Shown piece by piece: positions 18,401 through 27,531 of a stretch of 64,000 nucleotides of DNA (positions are counted from its first letter, which is position 1; the number at the start of each line of letters is the position of its first letter). The notes under the pieces were generated by a model. The model was given only the letters and a program-made list of their open reading frames with translations. It did no database searches and was not told the DNA's origin. A program made the translations under genes and the position numbers. Location: NCBI GenBank assembly GCA_965224055.1, contig OZ245034.1, forward strand, positions 8,182,762-8,246,761, written 5' to 3'. Origin of the DNA: Myxococcota bacterium. Lineage in GTDB: Bacteria > Myxococcota_A > UBA796 > GCA-2862545.

Positions 18401-19503
18401 GTGCTGTGCGGATGGCCTGGGCAGACGTCGCGTCCGAGCCGGGTCGAGAGGGGGCCTTCCTGGCGAGGGCGGGTGCGTTCGAACGCGCCATTCCGCTGCT
18501 GGTGCAGGGGACGCGCGCCCTGGCGCACATGGGTCGGCTGCCCGAGGCTCGACGATTGCGCGAAGCGCTGGTGGACGCCCTCGGCCGGGTCGGTGCCGAC
18601 GACGACCATCCGGCGCGGGTGACGGTCTCGGTCTCGGCGGGCGCATTGCTCCCGACGACGACCGCCGCGCTTCGAGCAGCCGTCGAGCAAGCCGATGCGT
18701 CGATGGCCGCGGGTTGTTCGGACCCGCACGACGCAGCGTGGGCGCGCCTGACCTTGTCGACCTACGCCGATCCTCCGCTGGACTGGGAAGAGCGTCGCGA
18801 GATCCTCGCCCGTGCGTACGCCATCGGTCCCGAGACCCATGCGGGCGTCCTGGCCGCTGCCGACCGAGCGGTGCGGGGGCGATGGCGCGGCGACCTCGAC
18901 GGCGAGGCCTGGATCCACTGGGCGGTCGACGGCCTGAATCGCCTCGGGTTTCATGGGTACGCAGCCCACGTCGAAGCCAACTGGGCCACTGCGAATGGAG
19001 ACATGGACGCCGCTCACGCACATCTGCAGCGGGCGATCGAGCATGCGGAGTCCACCGCGATTCGCGCCGCCTCCTGGACCGAGCTCGGCGTACTCGCCGA
19101 GCGGCAGGGCGACGACGAACGGTCCATCGCGTGCTTCGTGGAGGCCATCCGCCTGGCGTCGCACACGGGCAACGATGCAGAAGCGCGTTTGGCCCTCGCG
19201 GAGATGTGGGTCCGGCAGGGTCGGCTGGAAGGCGTCGGAATGGCGGTTCGGGTGCGATACCGCTTGAGGCGGTTCGCCATCCATCGCCTCACCATCGCCA
19301 CCCTCCAGCTCGCTGCGATCCCGCCGGACTCGGACGATACCCATCCTGCGCTGGAGGCCGTGCGGGCGGAGGTCGACCCCGCGCAGCTGCACCCGGCTCA
19401 CGTGGACACCCTCGACCACGTCACCGCGATGCGTGCGGCTAGGGGATGGAGTGTCGCCGGATTCGATGCGCTCCGGCAGCACCTGACCGATCTCTGCAGC
19501 TGA
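15487..19503 (+). CDS. Large multidomain Ser/Thr protein kinase (Hanks-type kinase core flanked by helical/TPR-like regions)
   Basis: Kinase subdomains VGAGGMGAIW, AVKLL, HLDIKPANVLL, DFGLQ and APE around residues 390-650. Long alpha-helical N- and C-terminal regions. 1338 aa. Confidence 0.8.
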   Translation: MTLERARAAWRVRDWQAVLEAVGSRDDAPALVLRSHAWRWTAAVDRALEAAELALARATQESVRHQALDVFARALPSARRSTEAGLVERLEEPDIPLLRATASFVRAERAFYRRDPGLLAACERLIRDVERLGEPADLADTLGSCAFWVHENGARSQAAVWAERAEQCVGEAGFEHALARARSIAVRLPLSSPHAIRQLQRAVPFIDRWGTPWLRVQTLSGLATMLAETERYDEAVRAAARASAVCRSEVPAALGKVRWAESWVQLLAGDPAIAQTAIEVRSLLPDGEAARTSQVVDWMVQAEGGDFTGLEAELLRTAPRLRRLGVVPYYWSIAMNRIASRAEEAGQTGISVLATREILEVGEVPERDAAVARITRLPSDSPVPIGPFVVRRQVGAGGMGAIWTDDVHAVKLLTLTDPRAVAMFEEEIAAVARLRHPNIVPVVDAGRVGPAAATQLGVDPETPWLAMPLAQGSVHDQLDSLDWDRASAIICDVLDGLAAAHAAGLLHLDIKPANVLLDGERARLSDFGLQASIGNVVRPSGTPAYMAPERFRSRPLGIEADLYAVGCMLWELVAGAPPWDGEPEEVARAHLERPLPDLVPRFTIPSGLPAILGELLDKTPVHRPAHARLVRMRIASLDPDPHPAGVPVAIEEAGEITFDFGLESSGSFPGPPTEEPMVVELPDWRELMNPSWQQLEGTGLFHVHRPPVLGLDDQKDVLWSMLGGVVTGGRPAMVVLEGEESAQELVDWFEDAAGRCGLAEVLPAGHLSFRFPASVTCIRRSVPGALELEKALERIDEGCPLLLIVVGERPGRGVHLVVPPPTPATLRERLALWFPLTSPVRLLLSEWSAGRLGPVLEVLQKWAAEDRLVDTEDGWAVRGEPDLQERVADVEVVDALSDTARRSLQCLALGDEEIDRAESVEVLRAFGLDWPTRVVRMLVTRRVLWVDRDAGTVRFLDPALRATLCTGPLDPRAVRMAWADVASEPGREGAFLARAGAFERAIPLLVQGTRALAHMGRLPEARRLREALVDALGRVGADDDHPARVTVSVSAGALLPTTTAALRAAVEQADASMAAGCSDPHDAAWARLTLSTYADPPLDWEERREILARAYAIGPETHAGVLAAADRAVRGRWRGDLDGEAWIHWAVDGLNRLGFHGYAAHVEANWATANGDMDAAHAHLQRAIEHAESTAIRAASWTELGVLAERQGDDERSIACFVEAIRLASHTGNDAEARLALAEMWVRQGRLEGVGMAVRVRYRLRRFAIHRLTIATLQLAAIPPDSDDTHPALEAVRAEVDPAQLHPAHVDTLDHVTAMRAARGWSVAGFDALRQHLTDLCS

Positions 19504-19506
19504 CCG

Positions 19507-20175
19507 TCAGAGGTCGAAGATCGTCGGCCAGTGGTCGGGGAAGGGCTGCTCGACGACCTCGCCGGCGAAGATCGCGTCCAGCATGCCGCAGCGCTCGGCG
19601 TCCAGGGCCAGGGTGCACTCCTCGGACAGGGCCTCGAGCTCGGACAGGGTCATCACCTCGTCGGGCTCGGTCCGGATCGCCACCGAGCTGAAGCCGAGAT
19701 CCTCCGCCTGCTCTTCGACGTGACAGGTCGCGCAGACCGTGCCGCCGTCCTCTGCCGCGATCTTGTCGTGGGGGGCGAATGCGTCCAGCGCACCTTCGAT
19801 GGGCAGGGCGAGCTCGCCTTTGAGGGTGTGCCGATCGGTGCCGTCGCGGTCGACCGGTACGCCGAACTCGACGACCTCCGAGCCGATCCCCTCCGGGACC
19901 AGGGACATCGTGACCTCGCCGACGAAGAAGAAGATCCGCGGGTTGTGTGCGCCGGAGCTCGGTTGTGCGGACAACCCGCTGGTGCTGGCGGTCACCCGGA
20001 GCGGACGACCGAGGCTGTGGATCAGGCAGGTGGCATCGATGGGGCGCGGAAGGGCGTCGATGTGCGCGATCAGAGCGTCGAGATCGGCCGGCTCGACGGG
20101 CTCGTTCACGGCACAGGGATGCGAAGCGCCCGCCGGCTCGGGGCTGCAGGCCGCCAGCAACAGCAACGCGATCAT
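19507..20175 (-). CDS. Lipoprotein with a CXXCH motif (possible c-type cytochrome-like)
   Basis: Start at the internal ATG (MIALLLLAAC lipobox). Single CATCH motif near the C-terminus. Overlaps the upstream kinase gene stop by 4 nt (ATGA). Confidence 0.55.
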   Translation of the reverse strand: MIALLLLAACSPEPAGASHPCAVNEPVEPADLDALIAHIDALPRPIDATCLIHSLGRPLRVTASTSGLSAQPSSGAHNPRIFFFVGEVTMSLVPEGIGSEVVEFGVPVDRDGTDRHTLKGELALPIEGALDAFAPHDKIAAEDGGTVCATCHVEEQAEDLGFSSVAIRTEPDEVMTLSELEALSEECTLALDAERCGMLDAIFAGEVVEQPFPDHWPTIFDL

Positions 20176-23138
20176 GCCTGTGCCTCGTTCAGCAGGGCGG
20201 AGACGCGATCGTACAGCCGGGGCTCGTACAGGCACATCGGCTCGAGGGCCTGGAGCTGGCGGACGTAGTCGGGGTCGTGGGACGGCCGCTCGATGCGTTC
20301 GAGCAGGGCAGGGACCTCGTCGAGACGGCCGAGCTCGGCCAGACACCGCGCCCAGCTCGCCAGCACGATGGGCGACAGCTCGGACCACACCCCGCCCGCG
20401 TCGTCGAGCTCGTCGAGCACCGCCGAGGCGCGCTCGGGGCTCCCGGCGTCGATCAGGGCCAGCGCGAGGTTGAGCCGGGCGACCGGACCCAGCTTCGGAC
20501 TGCGGCGGTCCAGGCGCACCACCTCCTGCAGCATCGCGACGGACTCGTCGGGCCGGCCCAGCCAGCGGATCACCTCGCCGAGCTCGGCCCGGATGGTGTT
20601 GGCCAGACCCGGTGCGCCCGCGTCCATGGCCAGCTCCAGCGCCAGCTTCAGGTGGTTCTGGGCGCGCTCGAAGGCCTCGAGACCGAACGCCACCCGGCCC
20701 ACGCTGCGGTTCCACGCGGCGCGATCGACCCGGCGGGCGTCCTTTCCGGGGGGGCCCTGCATCAGCACGAACGCCTGGGCTTCCGCGAACCGGCCCGCGC
20801 GGAGCAGCAGCTGCAGGCGGGCGTTGGCGTTCGCGGGGTCGTCCGGTGCGCGACGCTGGGCAGCATCCAGGGCTTGTCCGGCGGCGTCGAACTCGGCCCG
20901 GCGGATCCGCACGATCGAGAGCATCCGCCAGGCCCGCGCGACGTCCCGATCCTCGGCCTCGCCCAGATCGTCCGCCAGCACCGCCCGATCCACGAGGGCA
21001 GTGGCCTGTTCGAGCGCGGCGTCGGGGGTCATCTCGCCCAGACCCTGCAACAAGCCCGCGATGTCGCGGCGGATCCCCAGGCTGCCCGTGGGCTCCGGGC
21101 ACGCTTCGGCGACCTCCCATGCGCGGTCGCGTCGACCGAAATCCCCGGCGTCGTGGGCCTCGGTGTGCACGTGCAGCGCCAGCTCGAGGGCGTCGGATTG
21201 TTCGCCCGCCGCCAGGAAGAGCCGGGCACGACGGAGGGGGTCGGCGTCGCGAAGGGTGACCGCCGCCGTGGTGTTGAGCCGCACCCACACCGCATCGGAT
21301 GCGCGTTGCTTCACGGCCTCCGCCAGGAGGGGATGAGCGAGGCGCCAGCCATGGCGGGTCTGATCGGCGAGGCATGCGCGCACCAGCCCGTCCAGACCCT
21401 CGCCGGTCTCCCGTGCATCGCTGCTGAGCAGGGCGTACTCCCGATCGAGCACCTCGCCCCCCAGGACGGCGCCCACCAGCAATGTGGGCCAGAGCTCCGG
21501 ATGGACGTCGAGCACGCTGTCGAGTCGGGTGCGCCAGGCGTCGAGCGGGTCGGACTGAATCGCGAATCGCCCGGTCTGAGCGAAGTGAACGGCCAGCTGA
21601 ACCGCCAGCAGGGGGCTGCCACCGCTCAACTCGGCCAGCTGGACCGCCCGGAAGCTGTCTTCGCCCAGGACCTCTGCGGCGAGGGCTTCGGCGGTCTCGG
21701 ACGACAGGCCCGCGAGGCGGGTTCGGGGCCACGAGGCCGGCAACACCGAGCCCGCAGGGGGTTCGATGCGCTCGGTGACCAGGATCGCCAGGGGGGTGGG
21801 CCCCACCTCGAGCAAGCGCTCGACGAACGCCGTCGCTTCGCGCCCCCACTGCAGGTCGTCGACCAGGAGCAGGGTGGGACGGGAGCGGTTGAGGGACTCG
21901 ATGGCGTCCAGCAGCGCTGTGAGACGGTCGTCCCACGGGGGCGTCGGACTGCGGAAGTCCACCCACGCCGACAGGATGCGCCGGGTGGCGTCGGACATCG
22001 GGTTGCGGGGGCGCTGCAGCAGTCGCTCCGCGAAGTCCGCGAGCCCATCCCCGCCCACGTCGTCGGCGTCGTGGCGAACCTCCAACACCCGCACGGTTCC
22101 GGACTCCGCCGCACGGAATGCCACCTGGGATGCGAGGTACGACTTGCCCGTTCCCGCAACGCCCTCGACCACGTGAACGGCGCGGCCGCCGGAGGCCATG
22201 GTCTCGTCGATCCAGGCCAGCAGCGCGCGCTCCTCCTCTTCGCGCCCGACCAGGGGCAGCTCGCGCATCCCGATGAGCGCGGCTCCCTTCGGACGGTCCT
22301 TCGCGGACGGGCTGTCCTCGAAGTCCCAGCCCGAGGGCCCGTCTGGGAGGGCCTCTCGAGCATCTGCCGCGTGTTGGAAGCGCTGGTCGGGGTCTTTTGC
22401 GAGCAGGCGTCGCAGCCAGAGCTGGAAGCGCGGCGGGAGCTCGAACAGGCCGTCGAACTCGGGCAGCGGCTCGGAGGTGTGGGCGTGCTGGAGCGCGCGG
22501 ACATCCCCGAAGTAGGGCGGAGAGCCGGTACAGCGCGCCCAGGTGACACAGCCGAGCGCGTACAGATCACTCCACGGCCCGACGTCGCGCGGATGGGTGA
22601 ACTGCTCGGGTGCCATGTACATCGGCGTGCCTGCGATCCGGTCGCCCAGGTCTTCGAGAGGTGCTGCCAGCCCGAAGTCGGCGAGCTTCCATCGGCCTTC
22701 GCTGCGCAGGACGTTGGCGGGCTTCAGGTCGCGGTGGACCAGCCCTCGTGCGTGGCAGTAGGCCAGCCCGTCCAGCAGGTCGAGCAGCAGGGCTCGCAGC
22801 GATGCCCAGTCCCGAATGGGCCGCTGGGCCGAGTGCTCCGCGCGCTCCATCGCGAACCAGGGGCTGTCCGGTGGGCGCTCCAGAGCGGCGGCGTGGTCGG
22901 GATCGAGGCGCCCCTGATCGAAGATCGCCACCACGCCCGGGTGGTTGAGTCGGGCAACGGCCCGGACCTCGCGTGCGAACGTCGCTCCAGCTTCCTTCGA
23001 GCGCGCGGTCTCGGCGGTGAGCAGCTTGATGGCCACCGGGTGGCTCGTGTGGAGGTCGAGCCCGGCGCGGACCTCTCCGATGGCCCCGCGACCCAGGACC
23101 TCACCGATGGCGTAGCGGCCGACGTGCACGGTCTCCAC
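20172..23138 (-). CDS. Ser/Thr protein kinase with AAA/STAND-type NTPase and TPR repeats
   Basis: N-terminal Hanks kinase (GRGAIGEV, AIKLL, HRDLKPANVL, DFGLA, APE). Walker A GVAGTGKS. C-terminal TPR-like helical repeats. 988 aa. Confidence 0.85.
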   Translation of the reverse strand: METVHVGRYAIGEVLGRGAIGEVRAGLDLHTSHPVAIKLLTAETARSKEAGATFAREVRAVARLNHPGVVAIFDQGRLDPDHAAALERPPDSPWFAMERAEHSAQRPIRDWASLRALLLDLLDGLAYCHARGLVHRDLKPANVLRSEGRWKLADFGLAAPLEDLGDRIAGTPMYMAPEQFTHPRDVGPWSDLYALGCVTWARCTGSPPYFGDVRALQHAHTSEPLPEFDGLFELPPRFQLWLRRLLAKDPDQRFQHAADAREALPDGPSGWDFEDSPSAKDRPKGAALIGMRELPLVGREEEERALLAWIDETMASGGRAVHVVEGVAGTGKSYLASQVAFRAAESGTVRVLEVRHDADDVGGDGLADFAERLLQRPRNPMSDATRRILSAWVDFRSPTPPWDDRLTALLDAIESLNRSRPTLLLVDDLQWGREATAFVERLLEVGPTPLAILVTERIEPPAGSVLPASWPRTRLAGLSSETAEALAAEVLGEDSFRAVQLAELSGGSPLLAVQLAVHFAQTGRFAIQSDPLDAWRTRLDSVLDVHPELWPTLLVGAVLGGEVLDREYALLSSDARETGEGLDGLVRACLADQTRHGWRLAHPLLAEAVKQRASDAVWVRLNTTAAVTLRDADPLRRARLFLAAGEQSDALELALHVHTEAHDAGDFGRRDRAWEVAEACPEPTGSLGIRRDIAGLLQGLGEMTPDAALEQATALVDRAVLADDLGEAEDRDVARAWRMLSIVRIRRAEFDAAGQALDAAQRRAPDDPANANARLQLLLRAGRFAEAQAFVLMQGPPGKDARRVDRAAWNRSVGRVAFGLEAFERAQNHLKLALELAMDAGAPGLANTIRAELGEVIRWLGRPDESVAMLQEVVRLDRRSPKLGPVARLNLALALIDAGSPERASAVLDELDDAGGVWSELSPIVLASWARCLAELGRLDEVPALLERIERPSHDPDYVRQLQALEPMCLYEPRLYDRVSALLNEAQA

Positions 23139-23192
23139 GCGCCCACTGTAGCTGGTTCGACCGAACGCCGTCCGAGCGGACTATCCTGGGAC

Positions 23193-24767
23193 ATGCTGTG
23201 GCTCGCCCTGCTCGGATGCCCCGATCCGGCCGACTCCGATGGACCGGATGTCGTCGATGCGCCCGTGCGGGTCGAGGTGGAGCCGCTCACCCCCTGTCAT
23301 GACGCGACGCCCGGCTTCGACGCCTGGGAACCCGGAGGCGACTGGGACACCCAGTACATCGAGGACAACGCCCGCTACCTGTACACGGGCGGGGGGCTCG
23401 CCGTGGCGGACTTCGACCAGGACGGGTGGCTCGACGTCTTCCTGCCGGGGGCCACGCGGGCGCAGTTGTTCTGGGGCACGCCGGACGGATTCGAGGACGA
23501 TGCAGCTCGCGGAGGGGCCAACGAGGCGCTGCTGGCCACCTTCGAGCGCGGGGTGGGGGCCAGCGTGCTGGACTTCGACGCCGACGGCGACCTCGACCTG
23601 TACCACACGCGTCTTTCGCGCCCGAACGCCCTGTTGATCAATGAATCCGGGGTGTTCTCGGACCATGCGCCGCTGTGGGGCCTGGACGACGGGCGTCAGA
23701 GCATCTCGAGCAGCTGGGCCGATCTGGATGGGGACACCGATCTCGACCTGTTCGTGGCGAACTTCGGCAACCAGGGCACCGACCGCGCCACGGCCAACGG
23801 GTTGTTCGAAGCCCAGCCCGGCGCTTTCGTCGAGCGTACGGCCGAGCTCCCCGCCGACTTCACCGAAGCGTTCACGTTCACGGGGGGCTTCGTCGACCTC
23901 GATGGAGACCGGCTTCCCGAGCTGTACGGCGTGAACGACTTCGGCTGGAAGTTCCCCAACCAGCTGCTCTGGAACACCGGGAGCACCTTCACGGCAGACG
24001 GCAACGCGTCCGGGCTGGACGTGGTGATGGAGGGCATGGGCCTCGGGATCAACGACCTGAACGGCGATGGGGTCCCCGACCTGTTGATGAGCAGCTGGGA
24101 CGACCTGTTCCTGATGCAGTCCGTGCAGACCGCCGATGGCGTGGTGTGGGCGGACACTGCGGATGCCGTGGGGATCGGGCCCGACGTCGAGACCGATCGG
24201 GTCATCGCCTGGGGAGCCGATCTACAGGACCTGGACAACGACATGGACCTCGATGCGCTGGTGGTCAACGGCTACCTGCGCGTGTCCGAGGACTGGCCGC
24301 TGCCCGCACCCGAGGAGCAGCCCGAGTCGGTGTTCGTCAACGAGGGCGGGGTCTTCTCGCAGCAGGCCACCCAATGGGGTCTGACCGACACGGGGTTCTC
24401 GCGGGGCTTCGTGTTGGCCGACCTCAACGGCGATGGGGCGTTGGACCTCGTCCGCCGGGCGCTGAAGGGCAATGCGCTCCTGCACCTGGGGCGCTGCACC
24501 GGCAATGCAGTGATCGTCGAGCTGGAGCAGCCCGGCCTGAACCGGGACGCCATCGGGGCGGTGATCGACGTGGATGCCGGCGGAACGACGCAGCGCCGCT
24601 GGATGCTCTCGGGCACGACCAACTTCGCGAGTTCGGGGCCCCTGGAGGTCCACGTGGGAGTCGCGGATGCCACGGACGCCACGATCACGGTGACCTGGCC
24701 GGACGGCAGCGTTCACACCGTCGAGGTTCCGACCCACCATCGAGTGCAGATCGAGCGGGTGAAGTGA
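23193..24767 (+). CDS. FG-GAP / ASPIC-UnbV-like secreted repeat protein
   Basis: Lipoprotein-like N-terminus (LLGCPD). Repeated DxDxDG Ca-binding FG-GAP units (DFDQDGWLDVF, DFDADGDLDLY, DLDGDTDLDLF, DLNGDGVPDLL, DLNGDGALDLV). C-terminal UnbV-like segment. Confidence 0.75.
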   Translation: MLWLALLGCPDPADSDGPDVVDAPVRVEVEPLTPCHDATPGFDAWEPGGDWDTQYIEDNARYLYTGGGLAVADFDQDGWLDVFLPGATRAQLFWGTPDGFEDDAARGGANEALLATFERGVGASVLDFDADGDLDLYHTRLSRPNALLINESGVFSDHAPLWGLDDGRQSISSSWADLDGDTDLDLFVANFGNQGTDRATANGLFEAQPGAFVERTAELPADFTEAFTFTGGFVDLDGDRLPELYGVNDFGWKFPNQLLWNTGSTFTADGNASGLDVVMEGMGLGINDLNGDGVPDLLMSSWDDLFLMQSVQTADGVVWADTADAVGIGPDVETDRVIAWGADLQDLDNDMDLDALVVNGYLRVSEDWPLPAPEEQPESVFVNEGGVFSQQATQWGLTDTGFSRGFVLADLNGDGALDLVRRALKGNALLHLGRCTGNAVIVELEQPGLNRDAIGAVIDVDAGGTTQRRWMLSGTTNFASSGPLEVHVGVADATDATITVTWPDGSVHTVEVPTHHRVQIERVK

Positions 24768-25366
24768 TGATCGGAGTCGTGTGGATGGGCCTGATGAGCG
24801 GTGCGGTCGCGAAACCGCCGGTGGACGTGGTGCTGATCGACGCCGTGCGCACGGTGCAGCCCCGCTACGTCGAGGGGCCGTCGGAGACCTGTCGGATCGA
24901 GACGATCCTGGTGGCCGGGAGTCCGCGGCGGGTGTCCGTCACCGGATGCTCCTGGGCGCGGGCGGTCTCGGTGTTCGAGGCTCTCGACGGCTGGGTGTGG
25001 TCGGTCGATGGAGAGACCGAGCCGCTGGTGAGGCCTGCCAAGACGCGGGTGCGCGTCGACTTCCGGGCCGCTGCAGGATGGACCGGACAGGGCGCGGATC
25101 CACCGGGCGACCCCGTGACGTTCTTCGCGGAGGACGGCAGAACGCTGGTCTGGAGCAGCGACGAAATGCACAGCGTCGGGACGGATGCCAACCTCGACCC
25201 GCCCGCACTCGAGGGACGCTGCACGTTCACGGTCGGGTCGTCCGGCCTGGTCGCCGATGAGCCATGCCCGGCTGCGATCGAGGACTTCTCGCGGATCTGG
25301 TTCGAGCTCGCTCGACTGGAGGATGTCCAGCGTTGGACGGTCTTCGCAGGCGATGCCGGGCGGTAG
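24767..25366 (+). CDS. Hypothetical secreted protein
   Basis: Start ATG overlaps the upstream stop by 1 nt (TGATG). N-terminal hydrophobic signal. High GC3. Confidence 0.5.
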   Translation: MIGVVWMGLMSGAVAKPPVDVVLIDAVRTVQPRYVEGPSETCRIETILVAGSPRRVSVTGCSWARAVSVFEALDGWVWSVDGETEPLVRPAKTRVRVDFRAAAGWTGQGADPPGDPVTFFAEDGRTLVWSSDEMHSVGTDANLDPPALEGRCTFTVGSSGLVADEPCPAAIEDFSRIWFELARLEDVQRWTVFAGDAGR

Positions 25367-25467
25367 GCGACCGACTGACGCGCGTTACGGACCTCGACGG
25401 CGCCGCACCGACAGGTACCGAAGAGGCGGTGGATCCTGGAGGGCCCGGTCGACACGGTGCGGAAGCG

Positions 25468-27531
25468 ATGACGATGTGGTTCGCGGCCATCAGTATGGGA
25501 TTGTCGGGAGGCGCCGAAGCCACGGAGCCGTCGGGGCCGGTCTATCCACCCCACGAGCGGCTGGAGGCCCTGTGCGAGGTGCGCGGCTCGGGGGATGCGC
25601 GGACGGTGACGTCGGTCGCGTCCCGCCCGGAACTGCCGTGTCCCGAGGCGTTCCAGCGAGAGGCGGGTCGGGTCCGGGTCGAGCCGTCCGACGGCGCGGT
25701 GTGGGTGCATTTCACCCCGAACGAGGTCGATGACGGGCTGTTGCCCGTGGTCCGCACCACCCTGTGGGACCGAAGTCCCAGCGGGCATGTCGGCGGACTG
25801 GGGCTGACAGTCTGGGCGGGCCGACGCCTGGTCGAGCCAGCGATCACGCCGTTGAGCCACGACCTGCTGAAGATCGTGTTGCGTGGACTCCCACCGCTGC
25901 CGACACCCGAGTCGGGGGAGGTCTTCGAGTGCACCCTGCTGTCGGGCACCGAGCGGCCCTTCTCTGCGAGTGTCGACCCTCGTCAGGGCTGCGACCCCGA
26001 CCTCGAGCAGGCACTCACGCCGGTGCTCAACATCGAGTCACCCCGATTCGGGGAGAGCCGAGACCGTCTCGCCATTGACATTGTCGTCGGGAGCCCGGCG
26101 GATGCCCAGTTGCTCGGCACGGTCTCGGTCGGCTCACCCGGGGAGGTGGGCCCTCCAGAGCGAAAGCTGGCCGAGGATGTCGTTCGTGTCGTGTCGGTGG
26201 GATCCGTTGCGAATACGCAAAGCGATTCCGTTGGCGTGTACGCCCTGCCTGTGATGCACAGACCCCGGTGCACGCTGCGCACGAGGATGGGAGTGCACTT
26301 CAGCCGCTTCCGAGACGGGCAGGGCGGCATCTGGAGAGCATCCGTCGGGCCCCGCTGTCCAGCGGACGTCGCTCGGGGAATCGCCCGAGAAGCCGTTCGG
26401 CCGCGGACCGGCCCGTGGTGGTTCGACAACGCGAGCCGCAACGACCCCGGTCAGCGGAGCGTCTCCTACGCCGAGGAGCAGCAGGTGGAGGTTCCCCTCG
26501 AGACCCTCGCAGTCCCCGAGGGCACACCGGCCGACCAGAGCATCGAGGGGCCCTGTCGGCTCGTGGGGGTCCTGGAGAACGTGGATGGGGTGGTGCGAGA
26601 GCGCTTCTGGAGCGAAGGTGGGCCGTGCTCCGCCTGGGTGGAGGACGCGCAGGGAGACGTGTGGTTCAACGCCATCCGCGAGAACCCTCCGCTGGAGTCG
26701 GCATCGTGTACCGTGTCCGGGACGGCTGGACCGCTGGAGAGCCCCGGTGGGGTGGACCGTTCCACGTGTCCAGCGCGGTTTCGGCCGTGGGTGTCGGCCC
26801 TGCAGCTCATCGGTCCCGAGAACACGCCGGTCGAGATGCGTCTGACGCTCGCTCCGGGTGTGGTCGATCAGCCGCCGCGGGTGTGGGCCGCGATGCCGGA
26901 CGCACCGCAGGAGAAGAAGGCGTTCCTGGTGACTCCTGTGGACGTGCCTGCGACGGAGCTGGCCGGCGCGCACTGCCAGGTGGAGTCCTGGGTCGGGAGC
27001 TGGCGGGAATCCCCGCAGATGATCACGGTGTCCGGCGAAGACTGCCGCTGGGAGCATGCTCGGGCCCTGCATGCCTCGGTGTCGGACTGGGTCTACACGA
27101 CCCGGGAGCGGACCCTCCGCAACCTGCTCGCTTCGCGAGATCGCGTGTGGGTTCCCGGGACGGATGAGACGAAGACCTCGGCACCGATCGCGTCAGATGC
27201 CGACTGCGTGATCCGGTCCAGGGCGGGTCTGCCGGGCGTCTTTCTCGACAACCCGCCCCTGCACTTCGTGGAGCACGGAGACTGCCGGATGGGGCAGCGG
27301 CTCGCCACGATTCCCGACATGCAGTGTCGACTTCGCCTGACGGTGGACGGCCGGACGTATCGGGCCGAGCCCTCCTCCTGTCCCCCGGCGCAGGTTCGAG
27401 AGCTCTCCGAGGTCCTGCAGGGGGGCGGGGCGCAGTATGCAATCGGTCGGGCGCTGGAGCGGGACGAGCCCGGGCCGTTCACGGTCGAGTGGGTGTTCGA
27501 CGGGCGCGTCGACGGGGTCAGCGACAGGTGA
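25468..27531 (+). CDS. Hypothetical secreted Cys-containing protein
   Basis: Internal ATG followed by a signal peptide (MTMWFAAISMGLSGGAEA). 687 aa, no recognised domains. Confidence 0.5.
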   Translation: MTMWFAAISMGLSGGAEATEPSGPVYPPHERLEALCEVRGSGDARTVTSVASRPELPCPEAFQREAGRVRVEPSDGAVWVHFTPNEVDDGLLPVVRTTLWDRSPSGHVGGLGLTVWAGRRLVEPAITPLSHDLLKIVLRGLPPLPTPESGEVFECTLLSGTERPFSASVDPRQGCDPDLEQALTPVLNIESPRFGESRDRLAIDIVVGSPADAQLLGTVSVGSPGEVGPPERKLAEDVVRVVSVGSVANTQSDSVGVYALPVMHRPRCTLRTRMGVHFSRFRDGQGGIWRASVGPRCPADVARGIAREAVRPRTGPWWFDNASRNDPGQRSVSYAEEQQVEVPLETLAVPEGTPADQSIEGPCRLVGVLENVDGVVRERFWSEGGPCSAWVEDAQGDVWFNAIRENPPLESASCTVSGTAGPLESPGGVDRSTCPARFRPWVSALQLIGPENTPVEMRLTLAPGVVDQPPRVWAAMPDAPQEKKAFLVTPVDVPATELAGAHCQVESWVGSWRESPQMITVSGEDCRWEHARALHASVSDWVYTTRERTLRNLLASRDRVWVPGTDETKTSAPIASDADCVIRSRAGLPGVFLDNPPLHFVEHGDCRMGQRLATIPDMQCRLRLTVDGRTYRAEPSSCPPAQVRELSEVLQGGGAQYAIGRALERDEPGPFTVEWVFDGRVDGVSDR

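Noticed and set aside
19947-24767. 1606-aa plus-strand ORF, the longest in the track
   Set aside because: Its first ~1080 codons are the antisense of two well-supported minus-strand genes (the kinase-AAA-TPR gene and the CXXCH lipoprotein) and encode low-complexity Arg/Gly/Pro-rich sequence, a typical high-GC read-through. Only the last 524 codons (23193-24767) form the real FG-GAP gene. The same reasoning was applied to 33638-36010, 34639-38304, 33422-35824, 19507-21966, 45919-48972, 44498-46315, 62471-63967, 6399-8717, 16363-19482, 10289-13039, 12879-14882, 56766-61259 and 36625-39843.
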